From: Heteronotia binoei
Lineage: Eukaryota
DNA: 64,000 nt
Direction: 5' to 3'
NCBI RefSeq assembly: GCF_032191835.1
Contig: NC_083232.1
Span: forward strand, 104,966,001-105,030,000
In this document: positions 48,951-60,278 of the stretch, piece after piece
How the letters are laid out: the number at the start of each line of letters is the position of its first letter
Numbering within the stretch: the first letter of the stretch is position 1
Made by a program: the position numbers and the translations under genes
Notes under the pieces: generated by a model
Told to the model about the DNA's origin: nothing
What the model saw: the letters and a program-made list of their open reading frames with translations, nothing else
Databases searched by the model: none

Positions 48951-49826
48951 TGTCAAGTCTGTCTATAACTCTGGCTCAGTCAAAGAGCATTCTGGGTAGA
49001 ACCAAAGTATAATCAAATGCTGCTAGCTCATACTCTCCCTACCCCTCCTTTCCTGTAGCGTGTAGCTTTGCTTTGAAATGGAAAGATGTGAAAGTCTTAT
49101 CTGTGCCTTCTCAGGCCTGGCTCTCGGAAGGGAGTCAGGAGCCCACTACAATCAAGGCCATGCATGTCAAGTCTGATGTTTCAATAACGAGTCCTTGTTG
49201 ATAAAAGTTTCAAGTTTATTGTAACATGTTGCAAGACTGGTCGACAGAGATTGAGAGAACTGGCGAGCATATACAGAGGGCAAACATTTAAGGTACAGAT
49301 CAGAGGAATTCCTACGGGAGGGGGTATTCCTAAGCGAGCACATTCACACATCGTTGTTACTTTATCATTCTCAGGCCTGGCTGGCCTTGGGCACTTCCTT
49401 GGTACCCATTATCTCTGAGAAGGCACAGTAATCTTTTTCTCATAGCTAGTTTCAGAGCTTTGCTACATAACAAAAGGAAAGAGGGGGGTAGGGAGAGGTT
49501 GAGCTAGCAGCACTTGAATACAGTATGGCTTTTACCCAGGAGTCATTTCCTGAACCAAAGTTTGAACCAGAGTTTAAATCTATACTAGTAAAGCATAAAT
49601 CGGACTTGACAATGCAAGCCTGAGAACGAATTGGTAACATCAATGTGTGAATGTTCCCTGCATAATCCTCCCCCCTTAGGAATTCCTTTGAAGTGTCCCT
49701 TATATGCAGTGTATCTACAGTATATTCTTTAGTCTTTTTAATGCTGGCCTAGCCTCAAGTATCAGTATCAATAAAATAGCTTCTTTGTATCCACAACGAC
49801 TCGTTATTGAATCTGCCGACTTGACA
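48951..49826 (+). mobile_element. Solo LTR (424 bp net) carrying a nested LTR
   Basis: TGTCAAGTC...GACTTGACA termini, TSD CTGGC. Confidence 0.9.
49165..49611 (-). mobile_element. Solo LTR (447 bp) nested in opposite orientation
   Basis: TGTCAAGTC...GACTTGACA termini, TSD ATGCA. Related to the host LTR. AATAAA on the minus strand. Confidence 0.9.
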
Positions 49827-50914
49827 CTGGCTTGCAACTGAAATGCCTTGTGTCAAGTGAAGAAAGTGAAACCCTTAAGTGAGCCTTGCCTGGGCAAAGA
49901 CTGTTGCCACCATGGGTACACCCCCCCCCCCAGCTCTGCCCCCTACTCACCCCACGGATTCAGATGTTGATGCCCAAGGACTTTCCTTGAGTGAAATAAC
50001 CTGGGCTTCAGTATTTCCCTGATGGTTTTGGTTGTCCATATTGCAGACTAATTTGAGTTCACACAGACCGCGAGAGAAAGTGGATTTAAAATACCCCAAT
50101 AACACAAAATATATGTACATATTCCAAAAGAAGTATTGAACATTTACATATTTTTAAAGATGTGATTCCGTGATTTTCAGAGCACAACAGCAGAGTACTT
50201 TCCTTGAGAACTACCAGAGGCAGTTAATAAATGCATTTGAGGTAGCCAATCCATATTGATACCATTTCCTTTGAACCCCATAAACTGGCACTGGTGCTCT
50301 CGAGCTTCCAAGGGATAGCACAAGTCTCCTAAAGAGTTCCTCCACTAGGAGTTCCTCAGCTTCAGTGGCATCCTTAGAAGACAAGAAGTTAGAAGCTGAA
50401 GTGTTGGGTGGGGAATGGCCTTTATAAGGGAAGCCTGAAAGGCTGCAAGACTGACCACTCTCCTAAGCAGAGCCAGGTGCATGGGATTCTGTCGCCTGAG
50501 GCAGGACCCCAATGCCTCCCCCCCCCCGTAGGATTTTTTATTAGTGTGCTTTGCGAGTGTGCAGCATGATGACTTTGCAGCATGTCCCTTCTGCAGTGCT
50601 CTCCAAGTTCAGCAGGCGTTGCAGATGGGAAGCAACATTTTTTCTTGGCTTTAAGGGATCAAGGGAGCTCCCCCGACCCCTTAAAGCCAAGAAAAAACAC
50701 TGGGCACTTCCCCTCTGCAGCACTCACCCAATTCAGCGGGCGCTGTGGACAGGAAGCGAGTCCGAGGCTCGGGGATGGCGTGAGTGGGGAGAGGCCGCCC
50801 ACCCTCTGCTGGCAGCTGGTGCCCTAGGCATTTGCCTAGTTAGCCTACTCCCACGCACTGGCCCTGAGCAGAGCTGACCCCCTTCCAAGTCCATGAGCTT
50901 CAACAGAATTGTGT

Positions 50915-51085
50915 GTGTGTGTGGCGTGCCATCTGACTTAGGTGACCCTGTGGATTAATGAGCTTCAGAATGTCCTGCTCAGGTTTTGCAGGGTGATGGA
51001 GTTGATTCCCCTCATGTTCTTGCTGCCTTCCACTTTGCCTAGCATGATTGTCTTTTTCAGTGACTCTTGTCTTCTCATGACGGGA
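50915..51085 (-). mobile_element. BovB/RTE 3'-end fragment
   Basis: MRRQESLKKTIMLGKVEGSK peptide followed by a (CA)n tail. Confidence 0.7.
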
Positions 51086-51759
51086 CCAAAGTGGAGTCCA
51101 GGGATGGCCAACAGAAGGGCTGAGGGCAGGAGCCAGCCCGTCCAGGGCTCTTGTCCATCCCATGAGCAGCTGAGGCGAGGGAAGGAACAGAAGGCTGCTG
51201 GGGGGGTGGAGTGGGGGGGAGCCACTCCTATGGCGGTTTCAGCGCAGTGGGACAACCTCCTCTGTGTCAGCGTAGTGTTCATTGAGGTTCCAGAACGAAA
51301 GAACTCTTTCTTCAGAAATAAGTTTCTTTATTGGATACACAATGTTTCTACTGGAGAAGACCATTGAAAGTGATAACATACATTGGATGGGTGCTATCAT
51401 ATATTGGGGTACATCAAAGGCAAGGCCCTTTAAATCACTTGTTAAAACAAAAGCTGCTTTCTCCCTCAGAGGTGTTTGATTCACACGCTTGCTATCTGTC
51501 TTTCCTGAGTCTACCCACACTCCCCCTTTCATTTGGCAGCCTTGCCTGGCCTGGGAAATGGCGCGGTGTCTCTGTGTACTGTTAGCCATTTATTACCCCT
51601 GGCGCCCAAAGCCTCCCTCCCTTCCACGGCCTCCCTCTGACATACCTTGCATTCTACTACAGGGCAAAGAGGTTAGTCTTGAACAAATAAACAGTATAGG
51701 CAATATGGTTAGTATCGATAGGAAGCGATTGAACACAAGCTGACATACTGCCCCCCCCC

Positions 51760-54700
51760 CAAGCTCTTGCTCGGGGCTTGTCTGGGTGCAGTAGGTAAAA
51801 TTGCTTAAGCAGTTTAGGAGCATTGAGGTCTGGGGCTTTGACCCATTCATCGCAGCTGGGCGGAAAGTAGCGCCAGCGTACTAAATATTGTAGGACCCCC
51901 CGGTGCACTCTAGAATCGAGAATCTCCTTCACTTCGTGGTGCTTCTGGCCTGGACCATCGTGGGTTCTGGTTCGGGGCCCCGAGGGTGCCACTTTGACCC
52001 ACCCGGATCTCGACGGATAAGACTGCAATGGAAAACAGGATGTATTTTACTAAACAGTTTGGGCAAGTCCAATTCAACAGTCACTTTATTGATCACCCGT
52101 TTGATCTTGAAGGGGCCGAGGAACCGGTAGGCTAGCTTCCGAGATGTCTGGGGAAGCGGAAGATTTTTGGTTGATAAGAACACAGTCTCTCCGACCTTAA
52201 AATCCCACCCCGGGCTGTGTTTCTTGTCGAATTGGGCTTTATAGTCTCTTTTGGCCTCTTCCAGGTTCTCCTGGATGACTTTCCAGGAGCTCTCTAATGA
52301 TTTCCACCATTGCTGGCATTCTGGAGAGATAGGGGGGGTGCTTCCGCCCGGGAGCGTTGGGAAAGGCTTCCCCTCGTACCCGTGCACAGCCTGAAACGGG
52401 GAGACCTTTATTGAGCCATGCAGGCTGTTGTTGTAGCTGTATTCTGCAAAGGGTAACAGCTCTACCCAGTTGGTTTGCTGAAAGTTCACATAGCACCGGA
52501 GGTACTGTTCCAGAAGCCCGTTCACCCGCTCACTCTGCTCGTCCGTCTGCGGGTGGTAGGCAGAACTTAGTCCCTGTTCCATTCCTAATAGTTTGCAGAA
52601 CTCCCGCCAGAAGTTGGCAACGAACTGTGGCCCGCGGTCACTAATGACCTTATCGGGGAACGAGTGGATCCGGGCCACGTGCACAAAGAACAGATGGGCT
52701 AACTCTTTGGCGGTGGGGAGTTTTTTGCAGGGGATGAAGTGGGCTTGTTTGGAAAATGTGTCCACCACTACAAGAATCACTGTCCGCCCTTTCGAGGGTG
52801 GTAGCTCCACGATAAAATCCATTGAAATCACCGACCAGGGCCGCTCTGCCGAGGGAAGCGGTTGGAGCAGCCCGGGCACCTTCCCTCCCCTCCGTTTGGC
52901 CATTAAGCATGTTGGACACGTTTGTACAAATTCAGAAATGTCCTTTTTCATGTGGGGCCACCAGAACTGCCTGTGCACCATGTGCAGGGTTTTCATGTAG
53001 CCATAGTGGCCGGCCAGTTTGCTGGTGTGGCAGTGTTGTAGCACTTCCACCCGGAGTGACTTCGGGACATAAAATTTCCCATCATGGAACCAGAAGCCCC
53101 CGTCCCCTCTCACCAACCCCTCCGGGCGGTCTTTCCCTTCCGCCTCCGCCTCAGAGATCAGCTTGCTCCCCCCCCACGGGTGTCGCGGGGGCTTCGCTGC
53201 CTGAGAACGGGTTTGGACTGCGCCCGTCACTGCCTCGGGGGGGATGAGAGAGTCTATGACTTCCTCGCGCTCACTCTCGTGCTGCGGGAGCCGAGAGAGC
53301 GCGTCAGCCAAGAAATTCTTCGACCCGGGTATGTGCCGGAGGGTGAAGTCGAATTTGGCGAAAAACCCGGCCCACCGTATTTGTTTGCCGGTTAGTTTTT
53401 GGCGCCCCGTGAGCGCTTCTAGGTTTTTGTGGTCAGTCCAGATCTCAAAAGGAACCCTAACCCCCTCCAACCAGGATCGCCATGTTTTCAAGGCGAAGGT
53501 GACGGCGTAGGCTTCCTTGTCCCACACCGACCAGTTCCTTTGCTCGCCCGAGAATTTCTTGGAAATGTAGGCACAGGGTCTTAGGCAGCCCCCCTCGTCC
53601 TTCTGTATCAGTATGGCTCCTACGGCCGTGTCGGAGGCGTCGCATTGAACCACGAAGGGCTTGAGCTCATTCGGGTGCACTAGCATGGGCTCGCTCGTGA
53701 AGAGCCGTTTTAAAGTCTCAAATGCTTCTTGGCACTGGCTAGTCCAGTGGAGCTTCGCCCCAGGTTTTTTCGCTTCGGGCCCCTTCCCCTTGGTTTGCAA
53801 AAGGTTGGGGAGGGGCAGGGCCACCTTGGCGAACCCCTGAATGAACGTTCTGTAGAAATTTGCGAACCCGAGAAATGATTGGAGCTGTCTATGTGTCCTC
53901 GGGGGTTCCCACTCTAACACTGCTTGGATTTTAGCCGGGTCCATGGCCAGGCTCCTCCCGGACACCCGGAAGCCTAGGTAGTCTAATTCTTCCTTGTGGA
54001 ACTCACATTTGGACAATTTGGCGTATAGTTTGTTCTCATACAGGGTGGTTAGTACCTCGCGGACTAGTTTGATGTGGGAGGGCATGTCTTTCGAGTAAAT
54101 AATGATGTCATCCAGGTACACCACCACCCCCTTGTACAAGTATTTCCGAAGGACCTCGTTGATAAAGTTCATAAAGACTCCGGGGGCCCCTTGCAGCCCG
54201 AACGGCATCACCAGATACTCAAACTGCCCCATCGGCGTGTTGAACGCCGTCTTCCATTCATCCCCCTCCTTGATCCTAACTCTAAAGTAGGCGTCCCGTA
54301 GGTCTAACTTGGTAAATATGGACCCCTCCGAGACGCTGCTCAGCAAGTCTTTGATGAGGGGGATGGGGTAGGCATTGGACATCGAAATCCCGTTAATCCC
54401 GCGAAAATCTGTGCAAAGTCTAAGACTTCCATCCTTTTTCTTGCGGAATAGGACGGGGGCCGCGTGGGGGGCCGTCGCTGGGCGGATGAACCCCTGACGG
54501 AGGTTTTTGTCGAGGAACTTTCGCAATTCCTCCTTTTCCGCCCAGCCCATTGAATACAACTGGGCTTTTGGAAGCGGCTGCCCTGGGATGAGCTCTATAG
54601 CGCAGTCGGTGGCCCGATGGGGCGGTAGCTCATCCGCCTCGATTTCACTAAAAGCCCCCTTCAGGTCTCGGTACTCTCTCGGGATCGTTCTCACTTCCTC

Positions 54701-55230
54701 TATAGTCACGCAAATCTTTTCGTTTTTGGGGGGAGGTTGGGGTCCCCAGGACTCTCGCCATAAGTGGAAGGTACACCGCCGGTCCAGGAAGTCAATAGTG
54801 TGCTCCCCCCACTGGATGTCCAGCTGGTGCCTAGCTAGCCACCCCACTCCTAGCACAATATCAAACGAGCAGGAAGGCGCGATCACAAATACTTCTGGGT
54901 CCCAATGGTCCTCTACCCCCATCAGTATCTCCTGCGTTCTGTCGACGCAGGGTTCCCCTTTCATTCGTGTCCCGCCAACTGCTCGAACTCAAGGGGCTAG
55001 GGTAGGCGCTCGCGCCCAATTCCTAACATGTCCACAAACCGCTGGGTGATTAGCTCCCGCGTGCACCCCGAGTCTATGAGCGCTCGAGCATGTACAAAGC
55101 GCTTTAACTCCACATTTAATAAAGTCAGTGGGATGAACATCAGTTCCCCCGAGATTCTCACCCGTAATGGTGCCGCTTTCTCCGGGACCTGCCGCTGGGC
55201 ACCCTCTAGTGCAGGTCGTCCTCGTTTCCC
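51760..55230 (-). pseudogene. pol of element B, with a stop at about 54998 and frameshifts at about 54975 and 51950
   Basis: A 1011-aa open segment (54964-51929) closely matches element A Pol. The chromodomain lies in a shifted frame. Confidence 0.92.
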
Positions 55231-56682
55231 GATGGCTCGGCCTCCCAGGTGTCATCCCCAAGCTCCTCCAGCATTATAGAATCCTCGTCAAGCACCATCG
55301 ACAGGGCGGTGCTGCTGCGGCTCGACTCCTTCGGCTTGCTGGGTTTCTTGGTGTTGCCGCTCGGCCCTTTCGTGGCGGGGGTGCTGGATCTCGCCCGGTC
55401 GGGGCAGTTGGCGGCTAGGTGGCTCGGGTCCCCGCATTGGTAGCACTTGCGGGGCCCCGGGGTGGTCTTGAGGCTTGCCCCTCCTCCCGCTTTTTTGGGC
55501 TCCGCTTTCGCTGCCGGCCGCCCGTCCCGGCTGGAGCGCGGTTGGAGCCCCTGGCGTTGGATCGCCACCTCCTTCATGTTGTTTTCGATCTCCCCCGCCA
55601 GCTGGATCCAGCCCACCAGGGTGTCGGGGCGGACCTGCCCCAGCGCCCGGTCCAGGATGCCCGAGTTGAGCCCTTTCTTGTATGCCCGGATCTTCATGGC
55701 CTCACTCCAGCCCCTTATTTTGCGGCTGTGGTTTCGGAACTCTAGGGAGTACTCTCGGATCGACTTCCCCCCTTGGCGCAGCCCCTCGAGGGCCGCTATG
55801 GCTACGGTTTCCCTTAGGGGGTCTTCGAATTGGGACAGGAGGGCTTGCAGGAAGCCCGCCACGGTGGCCACTTCCGGCCCGTTTGCCTCGAAGAGGGTCA
55901 CGTACCACAGCTGGGCTTCGCCCTCCAGTTTCGACCCCAGGTAGGCTACTCGGCCGCGCTCGTCGTGGAAGGACGCCCCCAGTAGTGCATGTAGGTATTT
56001 GCCTGGATGATGAAGTATTCCACCTTGTCTGGGCTGCCGTCGAACGTGACGAGCAGCTCTCGGGTCTTTACCCGGGGTGCCGGGGCTTGGGGGGCGCCCG
56101 GCGCCGTGGGCGCTGCCGGCACAGCCGGAACCACCGGCGCTGCTGGGATGGCTGGCGCGGGGGTTGTTGCGGGATCGGGGCCGCCGCTCCTCCGGCGCCC
56201 GCGATGGCGCGGTCCACTTGCTTCTGCACCTCCTTTAGTATTAGAGTCATGGTGAGACTCATCTCCCGGCGGAGGTCGCAGCCCAGGATCTCGACCTCCC
56301 GCTGGAGTTCGTCCATGGTGGCGGCTTTCGGGGAGGAGGCTCGCGATTCCTCGTCCTCACCATCTCGGGAGTCACAGCTGTCCCTCCTCCGGCTTGGCCC
56401 CGGACCTTCCTCGGGCTCTCCCCTTCTTTGGGGTCCGTCCGTTGGCTCGGGCGAGCCAGGTGGTGCCTCCGGGTCCCCGGGGTTGCGGAGGAGGTTGGCG
56501 TGGCGTTGCACGGCTTCTTCCATTAGGGTGGTGGAGGTGCGGTGCTTCCACTTCTGTGGGGTGATGAAGAGCACTTGGCTGCTCACCTTCCGTGGCTTGC
56601 GTTTCTCGGTAACGTACCAAGCCGGGGACCCTGGCAGCTCTGGTATGCAGGGCTCTCGGTCGTCTGGTGCCTCTGTAGCCAT
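55206..56682 (-). pseudogene. gag of element B, two 1-nt frameshifts (about 56160 and 55978)
   Basis: MATEAP...ELLVTFDGSPDKVEYFIIQANTYM...QFEDPLRE...CYQCGDPSHLAANC. Restoring one base in each 5-nt run gives a continuous ORF. Confidence 0.9.
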
Positions 56683-57574
56683 TCGCTAGAAGTAACCTTC
56701 GCCGATAAGCCCCCTCGTTAGGGATCACTTTCAAAATGTCAGCGTAGTGTTCATTGAGGTTCCAGAACGAAAGAACTCTTTCTTCAGAAATAAGTTTCTT
56801 TATTGGATACACAATGTTTCTACTGGAGAAGACCATTGAAAGTGATAACATACATTGGATGGGTGCTATCATATATTGGGGTACATCAAAGGCAGGGCCC
56901 TTTAAATCACTTGTTAAAACAAAAGCTGCTTTCTCCCTCAGAGGTGTTTGATTCACACGCTTGCTATCTGTCTTTCCTGAGTCTACCCACACTCCCCCTT
57001 TCACTTGGAGGTCTTGCCTGGCCTGGGAAACGGCGCGGTGTCTCTGTGTACTGTTAGCCGTTTATTACCCCTGGCGCCCAAAGCCTCCCTCCCTTCCACG
57101 GCCTCCCTCTGACATACCTTGCATTCTACTACAGGGCAAAGAGGTTAGTCTTGAACAAATAAACAGTATAGGCAATATGGTTAGTATCGATAGGAAGCAA
57201 TTGAACACAAGCTGACACTCTGCAGGAGTGAAGCAGAGCCCTTTCCCCTCAGTGGCAGCCTCACTGGCAAGGGAGCAGCCACGGCAGCCACATGCTTCCC
57301 GGCTCGGGCTTCCAAGGCAATTTCGGAGGCCTCTCCACTTAGCCTGCAGCTCCAAGGAGGCTGTTCTGGATGGCTGGGGGGATCTGTGCTTGCATGGGGA
57401 GTGGGGGGGCAGATGATCCTCAGGTAGGGGCTGCTGGTGGCCAGCACTGCTGCTGTGTTCACACCCCCAACTGTGGAACTGTGCTTTGGCCCATGGGGGA
57501 GGCATTCTTTGGCAGCTTCTTCCACACATTGGGGTCTAATACTGCCATTGAGCACATGATTCCTCCCCTGCGGA

Positions 57575-60278
57575 CAACCCAGCACCTTCACCATAGGTGG
57601 ATGCCATCACAGGGTGATGATGCTGGCGATCGCCAGTCATGCTGTTTACTGGGTGGCCTGGGGTCTCTGCGACCTGTGGAGGGAGACTTGTGCACACCAT
57701 GTTCAGTCCCGCATCACATGATCCCGTGGTCTTTGGCCTGGGGCCTCTGCACCTGTGGAGGGAGACTTGTTCACGCCATGCCCAGGCCCCCATCACATCA
57801 TCCCGTGGTCTTTGGCCTGGGGCCTCTGCCACATGTGGAGGGAGCCCTGTGCACCCTATGCCCACTTCCCCATCACAACATCCCATGGTCTTTGGTCTGA
57901 GGCCTCTGCCACTGGTGGAAGGAGATTGGTTCATGCCATGCCCTGCCCATCATCACATCATCCCGTGGACTTTCGCTTGGGGCCTCTGCCACATGTAGAG
58001 GGAGCCTTGTGCATGCCATGCCCAGTCCCCCATCACATCATCCTGTGGTCTTTGGCCTGGGGCCTCTTCCACATCTGGAGGGAGCCTTGTGTACGCCATG
58101 CCCACCCCCCCATCACATCATCCTGTGGTCTTTTGCCAGGGGCCTCTGCCACCTGTGAAGGGAGCTTCTGAACGCCATGCTCAGTCCTGCATCACATGAT
58201 CCTGTGCTTTTGGCTTGGTGCCTTTGGAGATGTGGAGGAGACTTGTGCACACCATGCCCAATCCCCCACCACATGATCCTGTGGTCTTTGGCCTGGGGTT
58301 TCTGCCACCTGTGGAAGCAACCTTGTGCACGCCATACCAAGTCCTGCATCACATGATCCCGTGGTCTTTGGCCTGGGTCTCTGCCACCTGTAGAGGGAGC
58401 CTTGTGAATGCCATGCCCAGTTCCCCATCACATCATTGGCCTGAGGCCTCTGCCACCTGTGGAGGAAGCCTTGTGCACGCCATGCCCTGTCCATCATCAC
58501 ATCATCCCGTGGTCTTTCACCTGCGGCCTCTGCCACATGTAGAGGGAGCCTTGTGCACACCATGCCCAGTCCCCCATCATATGATCCCATGGTCTTTGGC
58601 CTGGGGTCTCTGCCACCTGTGGAAGGAACCTTGTGCATGCCATACCAAGTCCTACATCACATAATCCCGTGTTCTTTGGCCTGGGTCTCTGCCACCTGTG
58701 GAGGGAGCCTTGGTACGCCATCTCCAGTCCCCATCACATCATCCCGGGGTCTTTGGCCCGGGGTCTCTGCAACATATGGAGGGAGCCTTCTGTACCCCAT
58801 GTCCAGTCCCCATCACATCATCCCGAGGTCTTTGGTCTGGGGTCTCTGCCACATGTGGATGGAGCCTTGTGCATGCCATGCCCAGTACCACATCACATCA
58901 TCCCATAATCTTTGGCCTGAGGCCTCTGCCACCTGTGGAGGCAGTTTATGAACGCCATGCCCAGTCCTGCATCACATGATCCCGTGCTTTTGGCATGGTG
59001 CCTTGTGCACGTCATGCCCAGTACCACATCACATCATCCCATAGTCTTTGGTCTGGGGCCACTGCCACCTGTGCAGGGAACCTTGTGTCTTTGGTCTGGG
59101 GCCACTGCCACCTGTGTCCAGTCCGCATCACATGATCCCCTGGTCTTTGGCCTGGGGACTCTGCCACCTGTGGAGGGAGCCTTGTGTACGGCATTTCCAG
59201 TCTGCATGACATCATCCCCTGGTCTTTGGCCCGGGGCCTCTGCCACCAGTGCAGGGAGACTTGTGTACGCCATGCCTAATCCCCCATCACATGATCCCAT
59301 GGTCTTTGACCTGGGGTATCTGTCACCTGTGGAGGGACCTTGTGCATACGATGCCCTGTCCCCATAACATGATCCCGTTGTCTTTGGCTTGAGGCCTCTG
59401 CCGCCTGTGGAGGGAGCCTTGTGCACACCATTCCAGTCCCGCATCACATGATCCTGTGGTCTTTGGCCTGGGGCGTCTGCCACATGTGGAGGGAGCCTTG
59501 TGCATGCCATGCCCAGTACCACATCACATCATCCCATAGTCTTTGGCCTGAGGCCTCTGCCACCTGTGGAGGGAGTTTATGAACGCCATGCCCAGTCCTG
59601 CATCACATGATCCCGTGCTTTTGGCATGGTGCCTTGTGCACGTCATGCCCAGTACCACATCACATCATCCCATAGTCTTTGGTCTGGGGCCACTGCCACC
59701 TGTGCAGGGAACCTTGTGTACGCCATGTCCAGTCCGCATCACATGATCCCCTGGTCTTTGGCCTGGGGACTCTGCCACCTGTGGAGGGAGCCTTGTGAAT
59801 GCCATGCCCAGTCTCCCATCACATCATCCTGTGCTCTTTGGCTTGCGGCCTCTGCTACCTGTGGAGGGAGCCTTGTGTACGGCATTTCCAGTCTGCATGA
59901 CATCATCCCCTGGTCTTTGGCCCGGGGCCTCTGCCACCAGTGCAGGGAGACTTGTGTACGCCATGCCTAATCCCCCATCACATGATCCCATGGTCTTTGA
60001 CCTGGGGTATCTGTCACCTGTGGAGGGACCTTGTGCATACGATGCCCTGTCCCCATAACAGGGCACACCATGCAAGGTCCCCCATCACATGATCCCGTAG
60101 TCTTTGGTCTGGGGCCACTGGCACCTGTAGAGGGAGACTTGTGCACACCATGCCCAGTCCTCCATCACATCATCCCGTGGTCTTTGGCCTGGGTCTCTGC
60201 CACCTGTGGAGAGAGCCTTGTGCACGCCATGCCCATTACCACATCACATTATCCCGTGGTCTTTGGCCTGGGTCTCTG
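57575..60278. repeat. Tandem array of about 80-bp units (about 34 copies)
   Basis: The GTCTTTGG anchor recurs at 57729, 57808, 57888, 57968, 58048 and 58128. Consensus CATGCCCAGTCCCCCATCACATCATCCCGTGGTCTTTGGCCTGGGGCCTCTGCCACCTGTGGAGGGAGCCTTGTGCACGC. Confidence 0.95.

Larger units (their letters stand above)
51265..57217 (-). mobile_element. Complete Ty3/Gypsy chromovirus element B (5953 bp)
   Basis: Two 481-bp LTRs (51265-51745 and 56737-57217; 8 mismatches by my count), TSD CTCTG, PPT at 51751-51760, gag and pol. Confidence 0.98.

Noticed and set aside
56700-56736. Canonical tRNA primer-binding site for element B
   Set aside because: No TGG start after the LTR. The sequence is better explained by self-complementarity.
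57575-60278. Array as CRISPR, zinc-finger gene or Cys/His-rich protein
   Set aside because: Eukaryotic context, no unique spacers, an 80-bp period that breaks frame, and no C2H2 spacing.
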